Origin: Lytechinus pictus
Taxonomy: Eukaryota
DNA: 64,000 bases
Assembly: GCF_037042905.1 (NCBI RefSeq)
Contig: NC_087252.1
Location: forward strand, 16,432,001 to 16,496,000
Reading direction: 5' to 3'
Within the stretch, counting starts at the first letter, position 1; every line of letters starts with the position of its first letter. The position numbers and the translations under genes are program-made. The notes beneath the pieces were generated by a model, which saw only the letters and a program-made list of their open reading frames with translations, did no database searches and was not told the DNA's origin. Positions 12,295 through 25,600 of this stretch are shown here, one piece after another.

Positions 12295-13462
12295 TTCATT
12301 TTTGTGAGTTTCAACAGGTAGTTTATCAAAATCTTGGTGGTAATCTTAATTCAAGTGGGCTTATAATAATCAATAATCATGTAATATTTCATAGTGCTTA
12401 ATACCATGTTTCTTAAGTGAAACATTTTATTATCGTATTTTTAATGATGACTGCTAACGATCATAGTTGCTATATTTAATTTACATTATTATTTTAGTAT
12501 AAGTATTTTTATTTCTTCCTCCTGATCCAGAAGTTAACAGAAAATTCTGTAAAAATGGCAAGATATTGGCAATATTTAGCCAATTTCAAATTCATATTTT
12601 CTGTCTGCCATTTGTGTATGAATTTTGCGATACATTTTATGCGAATGTTCTATCTGTGCATAACTTTCCAGACTTCCACAGTTGTATCAGTGCAGGTACA
12701 TGTATTTAAAACCTCTCACAGAATTCTTTTCAATTGAAGCAAATAATCAATGTTTATCAAATCCATGTAGATATGTTTGTAGAGGGAGCTTTTCAGACGA
12801 GATTTGTAAATGTTGATTGGTAAAGAGCCTCTCTAAGATAATGGGAATGTGTCAAAAGTAAATTGAATATAATATTTGAATTTAACTTGCTATTTGTGTG
12901 GACTGAGCCTTTAAGAAAAATCATATACATGTGATAACTTTGAAATAGACTAAGGCTTGTATTCATACAACCTTTAATCATGTACTTATTTTTGTTTTTG
13001 CAACTTGTACTCTTTCTACTGACTTCTCTTTTGGTTTTGTTTTTAATAGAAAAAAAATTGAAGGAAAACAATTCTGAATATATAATAAAAAATATACAAT
13101 CAGAAAAGGCATAAATATTCTTTTAGAATGCAAATGCTGTTAAAACAAACACCAACCAACCAACAGCATCTATTTTTGTAGCAAGAATTAATGTACAACA
13201 GATGATTTTGTCATTGTGATATTGTTGGAGTATGGTTAGATTTTTATTATCCATGATGTCTCATTTAAAGATTAATCATACTTCATGCATTAAATTGTAA
13301 CTTTGGTCTTGTCTGTTTCTAAAACTCTAGCATCCTGTCATTTGTTTAGAAAAAAGAAACAATTTATTTTTAGTTGGTACATTTTCTTTTAGGGTTAATG
13401 AAATATATTTCAATGGATACCATGCAAGGTGTTTGTGAAGAAAGAATTTTGTATGGAACTGC

Positions 13463-14260
13463 CATTTTTGTCTCGCCTGCATAGCAGAGCGAGACTGGAG
13501 TGGCGGCGTCAACATCAAATCTTAACCAATGATTAAGTTTTCTAAGTGACATCATAACTAAGAAAGAATATGGACCTAGTTCATGAAACTTTGACGTCAA
13601 ATATTACTGAACATCCTGCCTGAGTTCCAGGTCACATGACCAAGGTCAAATGTCATTTAGGGTCACTGAACTTAAACCATGTTGGGAGAACCAACATCAA
13701 AATCTTAACGTAAGGTTAAGTTTTTAAAATGGTATCATAACCTAAAAATGATGTGAACCTAGTTCATGAAACTTGGACATAAGGATAGGATTACTGAATA
13801 TCCTGCCTGAGTTTCAGGTCACATGACTTATGTCAAAGGTCATTTAGGGTCAATGAACTTTGCCCAAGTTTGAGGTATTTGTTGAATTACCATCATAAAT
13901 TTGAAAGTTTATGGATCTAGTTCATAAAACTTGGACATAAGAGTAATCAAGTATCACTCAAAATCCTGTGTGTGTTTCAGGTCACATGACCAAAGTCAAT
14001 GTCATTTAAGGTCAATGAACTTTGGCCATGTTGGGGGACATGGTTGAATTGCCTTCATAACTTTGTAAGTTTATGGATGGATATACAGTATGTAGTTTAT
14101 AAAATGTGGACATAAGGGTAATCAAGTATCAGTAACAAGTCTTAGGTAACATGATCAATGTCAAATGTCATTTAGGGTCAATGAACATATACATGTATAT
14201 CATTATGTGAATGGTTTGTTTTGTGAATAATTATTTTATAGTAGTTTTCAGAGTCAGCAC
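13463..14260 (+). mobile_element. Helentron/HINE-like non-autonomous repeat with internal ~170-185-bp tandem units
   Basis: Starts in a T-run with the GTCTCGCC...GCGAGAC hairpin, followed by repeated GGTCACATGACCAAGGTCAA units. The family assignment is inference. Confidence 0.45.
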
Positions 14261-14466
14261 TGCTGCTATATTAAATCATGTAATGCAGGTAAGACTGCTA
14301 AAGGCACTCCACTTGTTTACTAACTCTAGCTGAGAGGTGACATGGAGATCGAAGGCTGTCCATTAGAAATCCATTTTTTTTGTCATAGACCATAATATTA
14401 AAGGCTGTTTGTTGTAATATACCCTCTTATGACAATTAACTTTACATCTCTAAGGGTGTGTTCAAT

Positions 14467-15188
14467 CATGGACCTATTGGAGATGAACATTCAACGCTAT
14501 CATTTCTTTGATCGAACAAGATCCGCCGCCTAGTGATTATGTGCATCTTAATGAAAACATACAGGTGTTTTGACAATAGCGACTACCAAGGCGTATCTGA
14601 TGATTTACAAAGGTACAACTTTCCTGGTTTTTGATTTTTTGGCTGATGCCCTGTGTAAGAAAATATTTTTCAGTCAACATGCTTAAGATTTAAAGAAGCA
14701 AACAATTTTATGACATAAAAATGTTATTATTTGATCCGCACACTTCTGCACGCACATAATAACCTCAATAACATTAAGAGATAAATGCTCTCTACTTGAT
14801 ATGAGCCATGTATCTCTGGAATGTTAGGAGAAAAATTTGACAAAAATGGGGTTATAAATAATAGACAATTAATCTCAGTTTGCATCTATCTTAAAATACT
14901 GTATACATACATTTTCCCAAATAAAACACATGGAACTAAGATTGCCAAAGGTAAACTAGAACTGCAGATTGATTTTCCAGGATTTAGGTAATTTATCATC
15001 GTATGCGCATACAGTTTGTGCAATATCAATGTCTAATCACGAACTGCTTCTTTCAACTAATTGACGGCGGAACACGGTAGGATGAAAGTAGAAAAATATG
15101 AAGAGAATGTTATTGAAAGCACAAAGATGGTCACATGTAAGTGAATTCATTAACTATTTAATGCGTGTCCATCTCGAATAGGTCCATG
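14467..15188. mobile_element. P-element-like MITE (CA...TG termini, 7-bp TSD)
   Basis: GTTCAAT|CATGGACCTATT ... AATAGGTCCATG|GTTCAAT; TSD at 14460-14466 and 15189-15195. Confidence 0.8.
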
Positions 15189-15341
15189 GTTCAATGTACA
15201 TTTTTCAAATTTAAACAGCAACATGAATCATGATTAGAAACATGATTATAGAACACTAACAAGATCAGGTTGCACCATTCAGTGTCAAAAATATAAAGCT
15301 GTTTATACATGTACATCAGTTGTTTTAAATTTCCCACTCTC

Positions 15342-15960
15342 TTTTTGTCTCGCCCACCAGAGGTGAAGGCGAGACATAGGGATCCAAATGTCGTCTGTCG
15401 TCCGTCCGTCACAAACCTTATGACACATAACTCCGCAACCGTAAGTCACTTTTCGACCGCACTTTGATGGTAGATGTACTTGGGGGACCTGCATGTTATG
15501 CTGCAGTTGGAGGTCACATGGTAAGTCAAAGGTCATTTTCAGGTCAACGTTAAAGTTTACATGCTAGACTCTGTTATGACACCTAACTCCGCAACCGTAA
15601 GTCACTTTTCAACCAAACGTGGATGGCAGATGGACTTAGGGGACCTGCTTGTTGTGCTGCAGTCAGAGGTCACATGGTAAGGTCAAAGGTCATTTTCAGG
15701 TCAACGTTAAAGTTTACATGCTAGACTCTGTTATGACACCTAACTCCGCAACTGCATGTCACTTTTCACCCAAACTTGGATTGTTGATGTAGTTAGACCT
15801 GCATGTCATGCTGCAGTCGCAGGTCACATGGTAAGGTCAAAGGTCATTTTGAGGTCAACATTAAAGTTTACTTGCAAAACTCTTATGACGAGTGTTATTC
15901 TATCCCAGTCATTTCACAATAAAACAAAATCGCTTATACCTTTTGTTGCATTTGCGATGC
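15342..15960 (+). mobile_element. Helentron/HINE-like repeat with ~155-bp tandem units
   Basis: TTTTTGTCTCGCC...GGCGAGAC start and a short (CGTC)n microsatellite. AGGTCACATGGTAAG recurs at 15511, 15667 and 15821. Confidence 0.5.
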
Positions 15961-17477
15961 TCAAGGTCATAACAATATGAGCTGATTGCATTTCCAAACG
16001 TACATGTACCTTTTTCAGCATTTGAAATTTCCTCTCAATCAAGTTCTGAAAGACATTTACTTATACAACTGGAAATGGGGGACATTGAATATCCACCATT
16101 TCCCCCCCCCCATATTCAAGTTTTGTAATCATGTTTTCAATCATGATTCAAGTTTCTGTTTGAATTTGAAAATCGACATTGAACACACCCTAACTCTGAA
16201 TGCAATTTACATGTAACTCGGGAATTAATCCAGTGGCTTAACCTGCATTTTATGGTGCTGTCAATGGTCATGCTACAGTTATAGGTCATTTCAGGCCATG
16301 TTTGCTAGCAGAACTATATCTGAACCTATATAATATTGTAAGCTTCTGGTTTCAACAAAACTTGAAGTAGTGGTAGAGTAAGTACAGTATCGTTCATGAC
16401 GTGCCATAGAAAGTCAGATGTTTAGATCAATGGTCACCTGAAAGACTTTCTTTTTAATGTTTTCCTCCTCAGATGTAGTTTGGATTATCATAATTTTTGG
16501 GTTAAAACAAAGGAAGAAACTTTCAAAGCCTGCTTAGATTGGAAATCCCCATGCCATTGTTAAATTACATTAAAACCTGACAAATCTCAGTACTTTGATT
16601 CACATATTTTGTATTTATTTCTGTCTCAGGAAATGTGAAGCATGTTTGTAACTTCAGATATTATTTATGATGGTGAAAGGAGGAAGGATACTCGCTCATT
16701 TCGAGGAGCTGTGGGCAGACATTAAAAAAATGACCCCTTTAAGTCAAATACTAAAAAGGTCATGCTGTGTGATTTTTAATTGGCATACTGTACATTGTTT
16801 TTTTAGGGAGAATTAGTAAATCTTATTTTTCAGTACTTTTTTAAAAAGCATGTTCTCTATGCACTGTTTCTGTGAATAATGGATGAACCAAACAAACCTA
16901 AAATTCTCATTTGACATTGTTTCGGACCCATATTTTGTATTTTTACTATGGATTATGTTCCAATTTTATTTTTTCAATCTTTTTCTGAAGACCTGGATAT
17001 TTTCCTTATTTTGAACTCCAACAAATTAGAAACTGGGAGCTGTAAGCGCTTGAAGTAATACTGCTCTATGTAGATCATGAGCAGGTGCATAGTAAATCTT
17101 ATGTCTTTGTGACTAATATGGTGACCCTCTTTAAAGGGTTACTAAATTAGAAAAATATGTGTTCATTTTTCGTTAGAATGGGTCTTAATTAGACAGAATC
17201 ACCAAGATACAAATTACAATTTCTTTAGACTATTCTGTAATAATCATGTCAAAAGTTAGTTTTTTGTGAATTCCAACGAAATAAACCCCGCCTCCAAAAA
17301 GTCACTTCAAGCGATATTGTGAACACGTGACCTGTGACGTATGAGAAGTAAGGATAAGTTGCCCAGGGGCCCGTTTGCAATCAATCGCAACTCAAAAAAA
17401 TCATGCGCAATTTGATTTTCGACCAATCAACAATGCGCATTTCGGACTTGCGCATGATTTTTAGAGTTGCGATTGAT

Positions 17478-19069
17478 GGCATAATTGTACTTGATGCCCC
17501 CAGGGGACATCAACGTTTTTACCTTTTGGTACTCCTTGATTTCCCGATGATTCTTCGTTACCAAAATGTAAACATTTCTTTTCTCACTATAAAAAAAAAT
17601 AGAAAGTAGTTCTGGTTTGCGCTAGCGCACCCCATATGAGATGCGAGTACAAATGCGCAAACAGGTGCATCTAGAAGAGCTCGCATCCTTGCCTCCTCAT
17701 CTATCCTCTTATATTACTTGCACTTGATGCCCCCAAAATTGATGAAAGCAGTGATCCGGCGAGTAATCCTAGAAGTGTTGACAAAATTAACCTTGATAGC
17801 TAGAGAATAAACTCTCTATTATTACTTGTACTTGATGCCCCCAAATTTTCCTTTTCTATTTTCTAGCCGCGCAAGCCTTCATAACATCGTCGAAACGAAT
17901 TAACCTTGTTGGCTAAATTAACCTTGATAGCTAGAGAATAATCTCTCTATTATTTGCACTTGATGCCCCCAAAAATTTCAACAAAATTAACCTTGTAGCC
18001 AAAATTAACCTTGTTGGCAAAATTAACCTTGATAGCTAATGTAACCTTGAGAGCTAAAGCTCGTCTCTCTTATATTACTTGCACTTGATGCCCCCAAAAA
18101 TTTCAACAAAATTAACCTTGTAGCCAAAATTAACCTTGTTGGCAAAATTAACCTTGATAGCTAATTTAACCTTGAGAGCTATAGCTCGTCTCTCTTGTAT
18201 TACTTGTACTTGATGCCCCCAAAAATTTCAACAAAATTAACCTTGTAGCCAAAATTAACCTTGTTGGCAAAATTAACCTTGATAGCTAATGTAACCTTGA
18301 GAGCTAAAGCTCGTCTCTCTTATATTACTTGCACTTGATGCCCCCAAAAATTTCAACAAAATTAACCTTGTAGCCAAAATTAACCTTGTTGGCAAAATTA
18401 ACCTTGATAGCTAATGTAACCTTGAGAACTATAGCTCGTCTCTCTTATATTACTTGCACTTGATGCCCCCAAAAATTTCAACAAAATTAACCTTGTAGCC
18501 AAAATTAACCTTGTTGGCAAAATTAACCTTGATAGCTAATGTAACCTTGAGAACTATAGCTCGTCTCTCTTATATTACTTGCACTTGATGCCCCCAAAAA
18601 TTTCAACAAAATTAACCTTGTAGCCAAAATTAACCTTGTTGGCAAAATTAACCTTGATAGCTAATGTAACCTTGAGAGCTATAGCTCGTCTCTCTTATAT
18701 TACTTGCACTTGATGCCCCCAATTACTTTATTTGTTGCGCGATCAACCAAACCACGCGCGGATGGATATCAACTCGCCGATGATAAACAGGGTCGGGTAC
18801 GGGTAGTCTACAACTGTAGACCCACATCTGCAGTGTGTGTATCACAGCTGATTCAAGGAGTCTGCATAGCAGACTAGGTCTACTAGAGCCTGCAGAAATG
18901 GCTCGCTTCGCTCGCCCTTTCAGGCTGGTTCGCAAACCAGCTGCAGATCCCACTTCACGAGCCATTCAGAGTCTGCATAGCAGACTAGGGTACGGGTACG
19001 TCGGTCGAGGATCCACGAATCAAGGTAAAAAAGTTGATGTCCCCTGGGGGCATCAAGTACAATTATGCC
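17478..19069. mobile_element. Non-autonomous DNA transposon with GG termini, ~47-bp TIR and 8-bp TSD (Merlin- or MULE-like)
   Basis: TSD CGATTGAT at 17470-17477 and 19070-19077. TIR GGCATAATTGTACTTGATGCCCCCAGGGGACATCAAC.TTTTTACCTT. Confidence 0.9.
17961..18722 (+). repeat. 125-bp tandem array (6 units) containing the host TIR motif
   Basis: TGATGCCCCC occurs at 17961, 18086, 18211, 18336, 18461, 18586 and 18711. Each unit also has four TAACCTTG subrepeats. Confidence 0.95.
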
Positions 19070-19294
19070 CGATTGATTGCAACTCTTTCTGCAACGGGCC
19101 CCAGATGCAGAATTACGGCAAAGTTGGAGAAGCAGCGCGTTTAGCATCGTACGGCCACGCCTAGCCCATCACCCCCGGCCGCGCCCGGACAGCTCGTTCC
19201 GCATCACCGGCACCACACTTCCATCGCTCGTTGCCTTTTGTGATTGTTCTCTCGTGCGCTTGACTCATTGATTTTCGAATCCGAAATAATAATA

Positions 19295-19633
19295 ATGCCA
19301 AATCGGTGTATAGTTGCTGGTTGCAGCAACACCCCCAAGGATGATGTGAGCCTACATCGATTTCCAAAGGATGAAAATCTACGGAAATTGTGGATTTCCA
19401 AGGTAAAACTCACGCGGGCCGACTGGCGTGGCCCTAGTGATTGGAGCACCATCTGCAGTGACCACTTTTCCGCAGAAGATTTTGAGGATACTGGTCTCTA
19501 TTCTTCATTTGGAATGAAAGTCAGGAGCAAGCTCATAGACTCGGCAGTTCCAACGATCAGGCTTGGAGTAAAGCCTTCAAAGAAACAAGATGTGCCAACA
19601 AGGTCTGCTGTCGAGAAGAGGGAAAGGAAACGG
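19295..19633 (+). CDS. Transposase exon 1: THAP DNA-binding domain
   Basis: C2CH signature C-x4-C...C-x2-H, conserved P/W/F residues and AVPTI box; donor CGG|GTAAGT. Confidence 0.95.
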
Positions 19634-22600
19634 GTAAGTTCATTTTTTTTTCATGAAGTTGGAAAATTGGATTTTACTTTTAGAATTGTCTAACGACTTT
19701 AGAATTTAGATCAAGATTCAGTTCGAAATCAAAGTGTTAGCGTTGAACTTGCAGTGAAAACAGTGACAAAGTCTTTGATTGTGTGATGTTATTTTATTTT
19801 AATACAAAAAACTCTTGACTTTCTACAGACTAAATAACATCTAGATGAGTAGATCTAATTTAGATCTTGTCCCAATTACATCGGGATGAGCCTTGATGGC
19901 TCATATATTGCAATATAGCTAGGGCCTATGGTTCTTGTGTGATTTGTGTTTTTCAGAATTCAGCCTGGGGCCGCGGAATGGTTTTGAAAGTGGGGGGGGG
20001 GGGGGCTGACCATGCAAAAAATTGTAATCATATGGTAATTTTTACGTTTTTGTACACGGTGTTGGAAAAAAGTGTGGGGGCTTCAACCGCAGCCCCCCGC
20101 CCCCGTTTCTGCGGCCCCTGATATTTCACCCTTCGCTCTTTTTCTTGGTCTTGAAAAATTTTGGGACTTGCAAACGCCCCATCTGTAAACGCCACTGGGT
20201 CGAATCAGGGCCATCGCTAAAGGGGGGTGTGGGGGTACGACATCCCCCACTACTCTGTATATCTGCGCCCCCATAGAGAAGAAAGAAAGAAAAGAGAAAG
20301 GAAAGAAAAATTATAAACTGTCAGGTGACTCAGGTCACAGGATTGTTCCAACTGCCTCATGCCCCCCCCCCCCCCCCGTTTCTGCAGCCCCTGCCGTAGA
20401 GCTAGATGTGAATGAAATTTTGAATTTGTAATTGCACTTCATATTCACCGGGCGTGGATCCAGAATTGAAATTTTATGAGGTGCTACAGGATCCAGGATT
20501 TTTAAAAAGGGGTGGCACATTTTACCCATTGGAAATTTGACAAGCAAAAGGTCACCTAAATTTGAGGTCGATATTTAAGTTGTCAGCCAGAAAATTAACA
20601 TGCAAAAAAAAGGTTTTCACCTAGATTCTATATTTACTGTCAATTTGTCACTTTTATTTTTCCTTTTTCATTTTATTGTTTGATACAGATTTTGGAAGAA
20701 GCCCTTTCAGAGACCACAGCCCTAGATTCACCAGTCTCTGGATTCGAATCTTTTGATGAACCAGGATGCAGCCACTGGTCTACAGCTTCAGAGAATGAGG
20801 AAAGCTTGACAACTGAGCTGACTGTACCAAGTGTTGAGTGTGAGACGGATTTACTTGATGAACCAGCTTGCAGCTACTGGATTACAAAGGAGGTAAATAA
20901 ACAATGATTTGACACTTTACATCTAGCTGATATTCATTTCAGACATCTCTAGAGCTATTGGTCTATTGGTAAACTCATTTTTTACACTTGCAGCACAGAT
21001 CCAGACTTTTACGGGGTGTGGTCTTTTCATTCAAATTTTATGGGGTATACCCACACCATCCCCCGAGATTTGCACCTGAAATAGAGTAAATGAATGACTG
21101 TCCTTCCTGCTCTTTACACTTGTCAATCAAATTATACATGTCTCTGATGCCCTCTTCCTATGTTTTTTTTTTACTTGCCTCTAGATCTAGTCATTTGTTT
21201 CCTGTAGACTTCTTTTTGTGTCTTCTTTTTCTTTTCTTATTCCCGGAGTGTTTCTTTTTTTAATCCTTTGTCTTTTTTGTTTTCTATTCTCATAAATTAT
21301 GTGGCAGTGGTGTAATGAGCTAATAATGGTGAATGGTGTTGTGGGGAAAATTTAAAAGGTTGTGAGCAAGCAAAAAATTGACAATTTTTATTGCAAATAT
21401 CTGTTTAGTGATAGATTTTGACATAATTCAGAGAATATTATATTTCACCCCTCTATTTTTCCTTTCTTTTTTTCTTGGTTGTGAATTTTTTTTTTTGGGG
21501 GGGGATCAAGTGCCCCAGTCCCTCCCATCTGTACGCCACTGTTCCTTGGTATAATCTAACTTTCGTTTAATATTTTCTTGTTCGATTATCTACCTTCCTT
21601 AGTGATGTTCCCTCAGTTATACACATTCTGGCAATCAATCCTTGATTTTTTAAATTTTTGTTATGATGTATAATTGTTATATTTTCATTGACATTGGTTT
21701 TACATTGATTATGAAACCTTGTATCGTGTGTTTTAGAGGAATTTGGTAAATGCTTTGCATGCCCTTTTCATTGATTTTCTGGGTATTGATGATATGATTT
21801 TTTTTGGTAATTGTCATTGATTTGTTTTTTCATATTTATTATGTTATGCTATGCAATAATTTCATTTGTCAAAATTTGTTATTTGGCTTCTTGCTGCAAT
21901 TAATTATTGTTATGTAAATGTCATGATCATATAGTTTTGAATTTCAATTATTATTATTTCAATGATTTTCATATGTGAATACGCAAAATTGAAAATTAAA
22001 TAATCATGATTTATATCTACTTTTCAAAATTGTTTGAATTTTTAGGAGTATGTAGCTCCAATTCACATGCAACTTGAGACCAATGTCGGACAACTTGCAA
22101 AGTCTTCTGATGCAAAGAATTACAGAACAAAAAGTAAGTTGGAATTTATTGGTTTTATTTATCTTCTAAATGCCAGTGAGTTTCAAAATGAAGTAATAGG
22201 CTGTCAATATAATATTTTCATTTTTATTCTGTTATTGATATAAAATTTGGAATTTTGCATTAGCAGAACACAAAAAGTCCTGTCAAATATGTATATTTAT
22301 TTCTTTGTCATGCTGGATTCTGCTCGGGGGCGGGAGGGGGGGGGGGTCAGCGTGAAGTTTCTGCTAAGGTGAGGGGGGCAGGAGAATAATGGCCCAAAAT
22401 TTCACAATTTTTAATTTTTAAATGATGTGGGGCAGGCATGGCAGCTCTTCACCCACCTCTCTCAGTGGGTAATTGTCCAGGTGGCCTGGAGATACTTAAG
22501 GGTTCAGTTTGGCTGGATAAAGACAAAAGATACAAACTATTTTTATTAATTATCTTTTGTTGTCTTTTGCAGGTACCCAGGTTAAAATGACCAAGACAGT

Positions 22601-25600
22601 GACAGTGAAGGATATGGGCACTCAATATGTACCTCCTCAAGTTACAGATGCATCAAGAACCAAAGGGACTGTATGCAACTTTCTTGAAGAAGAAAAGGCA
22701 ATGCAAGATGAAGACAAGGCTGCGCAAGAGAAGGCAGAGAAAGAGAGGGCTGAAAAAAAGAAAGCAGAAGAAAAGGAAAATGAAGAAGAGATGATGGAAG
22801 TAGACGATTTGGTTGATGAGACATCATCAGATAAGAAGAAGAAAGAGTCATCTGACTACAAGCCGGAATCTTCATCGTCTTCGGAATATCTGAGCACTCC
22901 CCAGAAACCCCGTAAAAGGCTATGCAAATCGTAAGTGTGTTACATGTCCAATTTATGTTACATTTTTTAGTGTCAATATACATGTAGATGAGCAAATGAA
23001 ATTGTTGTTATAGTCATTATCTTTTTATTTATTTTTTTGTCATTTTATTTTCAGGCGTGTTGGAAGATCCCCTGCAGTGGTAATGCAACCTGGTGTTCGT
23101 GCCCGTCCACAGGATGAAAGAAAGTACCTTATCTTTGAGGGAAATCTTATGGAGCTGCTGAGGCTTTGTCAAGAATGCAGATCAGGCAATTTAGTCCAGA
23201 CAAAGCGGGAAATCGGGACGATGCTGGTTATAACAACTGAGTGCCTGACGTGTGGAAGTACCAGGAAATGGGAGAGCCAGCCATACTTTGAGAGAAGGCC
23301 TGCTGGGAATGTTCTTTTGGCAGCTTCTCTCCTGTTAGCTGGTGGAAGTTGGGCCAAGATGGAACAAGTACTAGGTCACCTGAAGGTGGCCTGCATTGCA
23401 GAACAAACTTTCTATGGTATACAAAAGACCATACTGCAGCCTGCCATTGAGAAGAAGTGGGCTGTTGAACAGATGAAGGTCATTGAAAGACTACAAAGGG
23501 CAGGCAAACCATTGACCATCGCAGGAGATGGTCGGGCAGATAGTCCAGGACATTCTGCCAAGTATGGAGTATACACTGGACTGGATCCAAGCATTAACAA
23601 GATTGTTGACTTGGAGCTAGTTCAGGTATGCAATATTTATGACATTAAAAATCAACATTTTTGAAATATTTTTTCAGTTTGAAGTTCTTCTCATTGGTAT
23701 CAGAGATCAACATAAATTTCTCCTACTACAGTGCATTCCAGGGAAAGAACACTAAATTTTGAGAGTTTGTATTCAAAATTGCCTAATTACTTGATAGATT
23801 TTTAAAATTTAATTTGAAAGAGTATATTTTTTCCAGCAATACTAAACCTATATTTGTGCTGTTGTAAATCATTAGTAAGCTGCCATGATTGACAAAAGAC
23901 TACTTGAAGTATAAAAATGCATGGGTTGCTTATGCATGAACTCGATACAAGGTAATTTTTACACTGTCTTTTTAAAAGTCCAAGTGCTCAATCATATATG
24001 ACAATATAGGTATAACTAGAGAAGTTCCAATTAAAATGAGTGTGAGTTTCTCTTAATAGCAATAAAAGTATTACGGGCACATTATTTTAAGGATACATGT
24101 CTCAACATGTATGATTACTGAATGTGTGCATTGTTTTATTTATTTCAGAGCAATGAGGTAAAATCTAGTTACCACATGGAGCTTGAGGGCTACAGAAGAT
24201 TCGAAGGATTTCTGGCCAATAATGGTTTAGAGATGGGGAAACTGATCACAGACAGACATCGGGGGCTCGCTAAGTATGTGAGGCTAAACTCGCCTGCAGT
24301 ACTCCACACCTACGATGTCTGGCATCTCGCAAAGTATATGTTTGTTTTAGCTGTTTTAGTTTTCATATCTGTACGCTGTGTATGCATTCACAGTGAAATA
24401 TAAGTGTATTATTTTACATGAAAATGTTACATGAATCTTTTCCCAAATTATATATTTTGGGTGGAAAATCAGGAGGTATTCTTTGTTGTGTTGTCAAATT
24501 TGATTTGTATGAATGTAATGCATGAATACAATGAATGAATCAGATATCCCTGAAGGTACATGTATGATCCCACACTAGTTGCAATTAAGTTAATTCCAAA
24601 ATACCTCACCAATAAAAGTAACAATGATGGACATGAAAAGTTTTATATAAAGAATTATCATGAAGCTTTTTAAGGAGGAATTTGCACTAAATTTTACAAA
24701 GTTCACTGCATCTGATTATGAATTCATGGACAACTGGATTCTCACTGCATTCATGGGTTACTTTTTCAAAATTTTCACAATTAAAATTATACATGACAGG
24801 AAAGCATACTTACTGTCCAATTATGAATGCATACAACATAAATTTATTTTTCAACTTCTTTTATAGAAGAAGATAATTTTTCCGGTCATATATAGAAGTC
24901 CTATATTCCTGACATTTTTATTCATTAGATTGGCAACTGTTGAGGTGTATTTTCTTCCTGACTCATATATATATATGGGTCAATCCACGTCAAATCAACC
25001 AATTTTTAGACAATTTGTCACCCGACCCCCTTCGATTTTCTTTAAACTCGCACCAAATGTTCCCCCAAGTGTCTGACGGAAAAAAATGAAATATTTTGCC
25101 CCAAGGTCAAACGGTTGCTAAGTTATGGCCTCCCTTAGCAACCAATGTCTGGTCAAACAATAAAGTTTAAATAAAATTAGCTATTTTTGATTGACTGCTG
25201 GAGCCAAGTTTGATGACGCAGTGTTCTAATTTTCTGTAAATTGGAAGAACTTTATAGTCTTAACACACACAATATAATTAGACGTGGATCTGACCAGCCG
25301 TTATTGCGCACAAGGTCGCCGAACATGGTGTTAAGCGTCCAAGTCAATGTTTTTGGGTGCATGTTTGGAGGCTCATAACTTCCAAATTCAATTAGCTTAG
25401 AACCCAATATTATGCATATTTGAAGACTATGACTTGCTCAACAGACCTACAAAAAATTGGCCCTACCATGCGTGTCAATTTCTTGTAGGGCGCCCTCAAA
25501 GTTGGATTTTTTCTAAAAGTTGCCAAGTTCAAGGTCACAAATCACCCCTCGTCCCATCCAAGTGCGACCCCAATTTCTGTATACTGATAGACATTTACCT

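Larger units (their letters stand above)
14454..16190. mobile_element. PIF/Harbinger-type MITE carrying two nested insertions
   Basis: TAA|GGGTGTGTTCAAT ... ATTGAACACACCC|TAA (3-bp TAA TSD). Confidence 0.8.
17367..19101. mobile_element. Harbinger-type MITE (CAG TSD) split by a nested element
   Basis: CAG|GGGCCCGTT ... AACGGGCCC|CAG; about 140 bp long once the nested element is removed. Confidence 0.75.
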
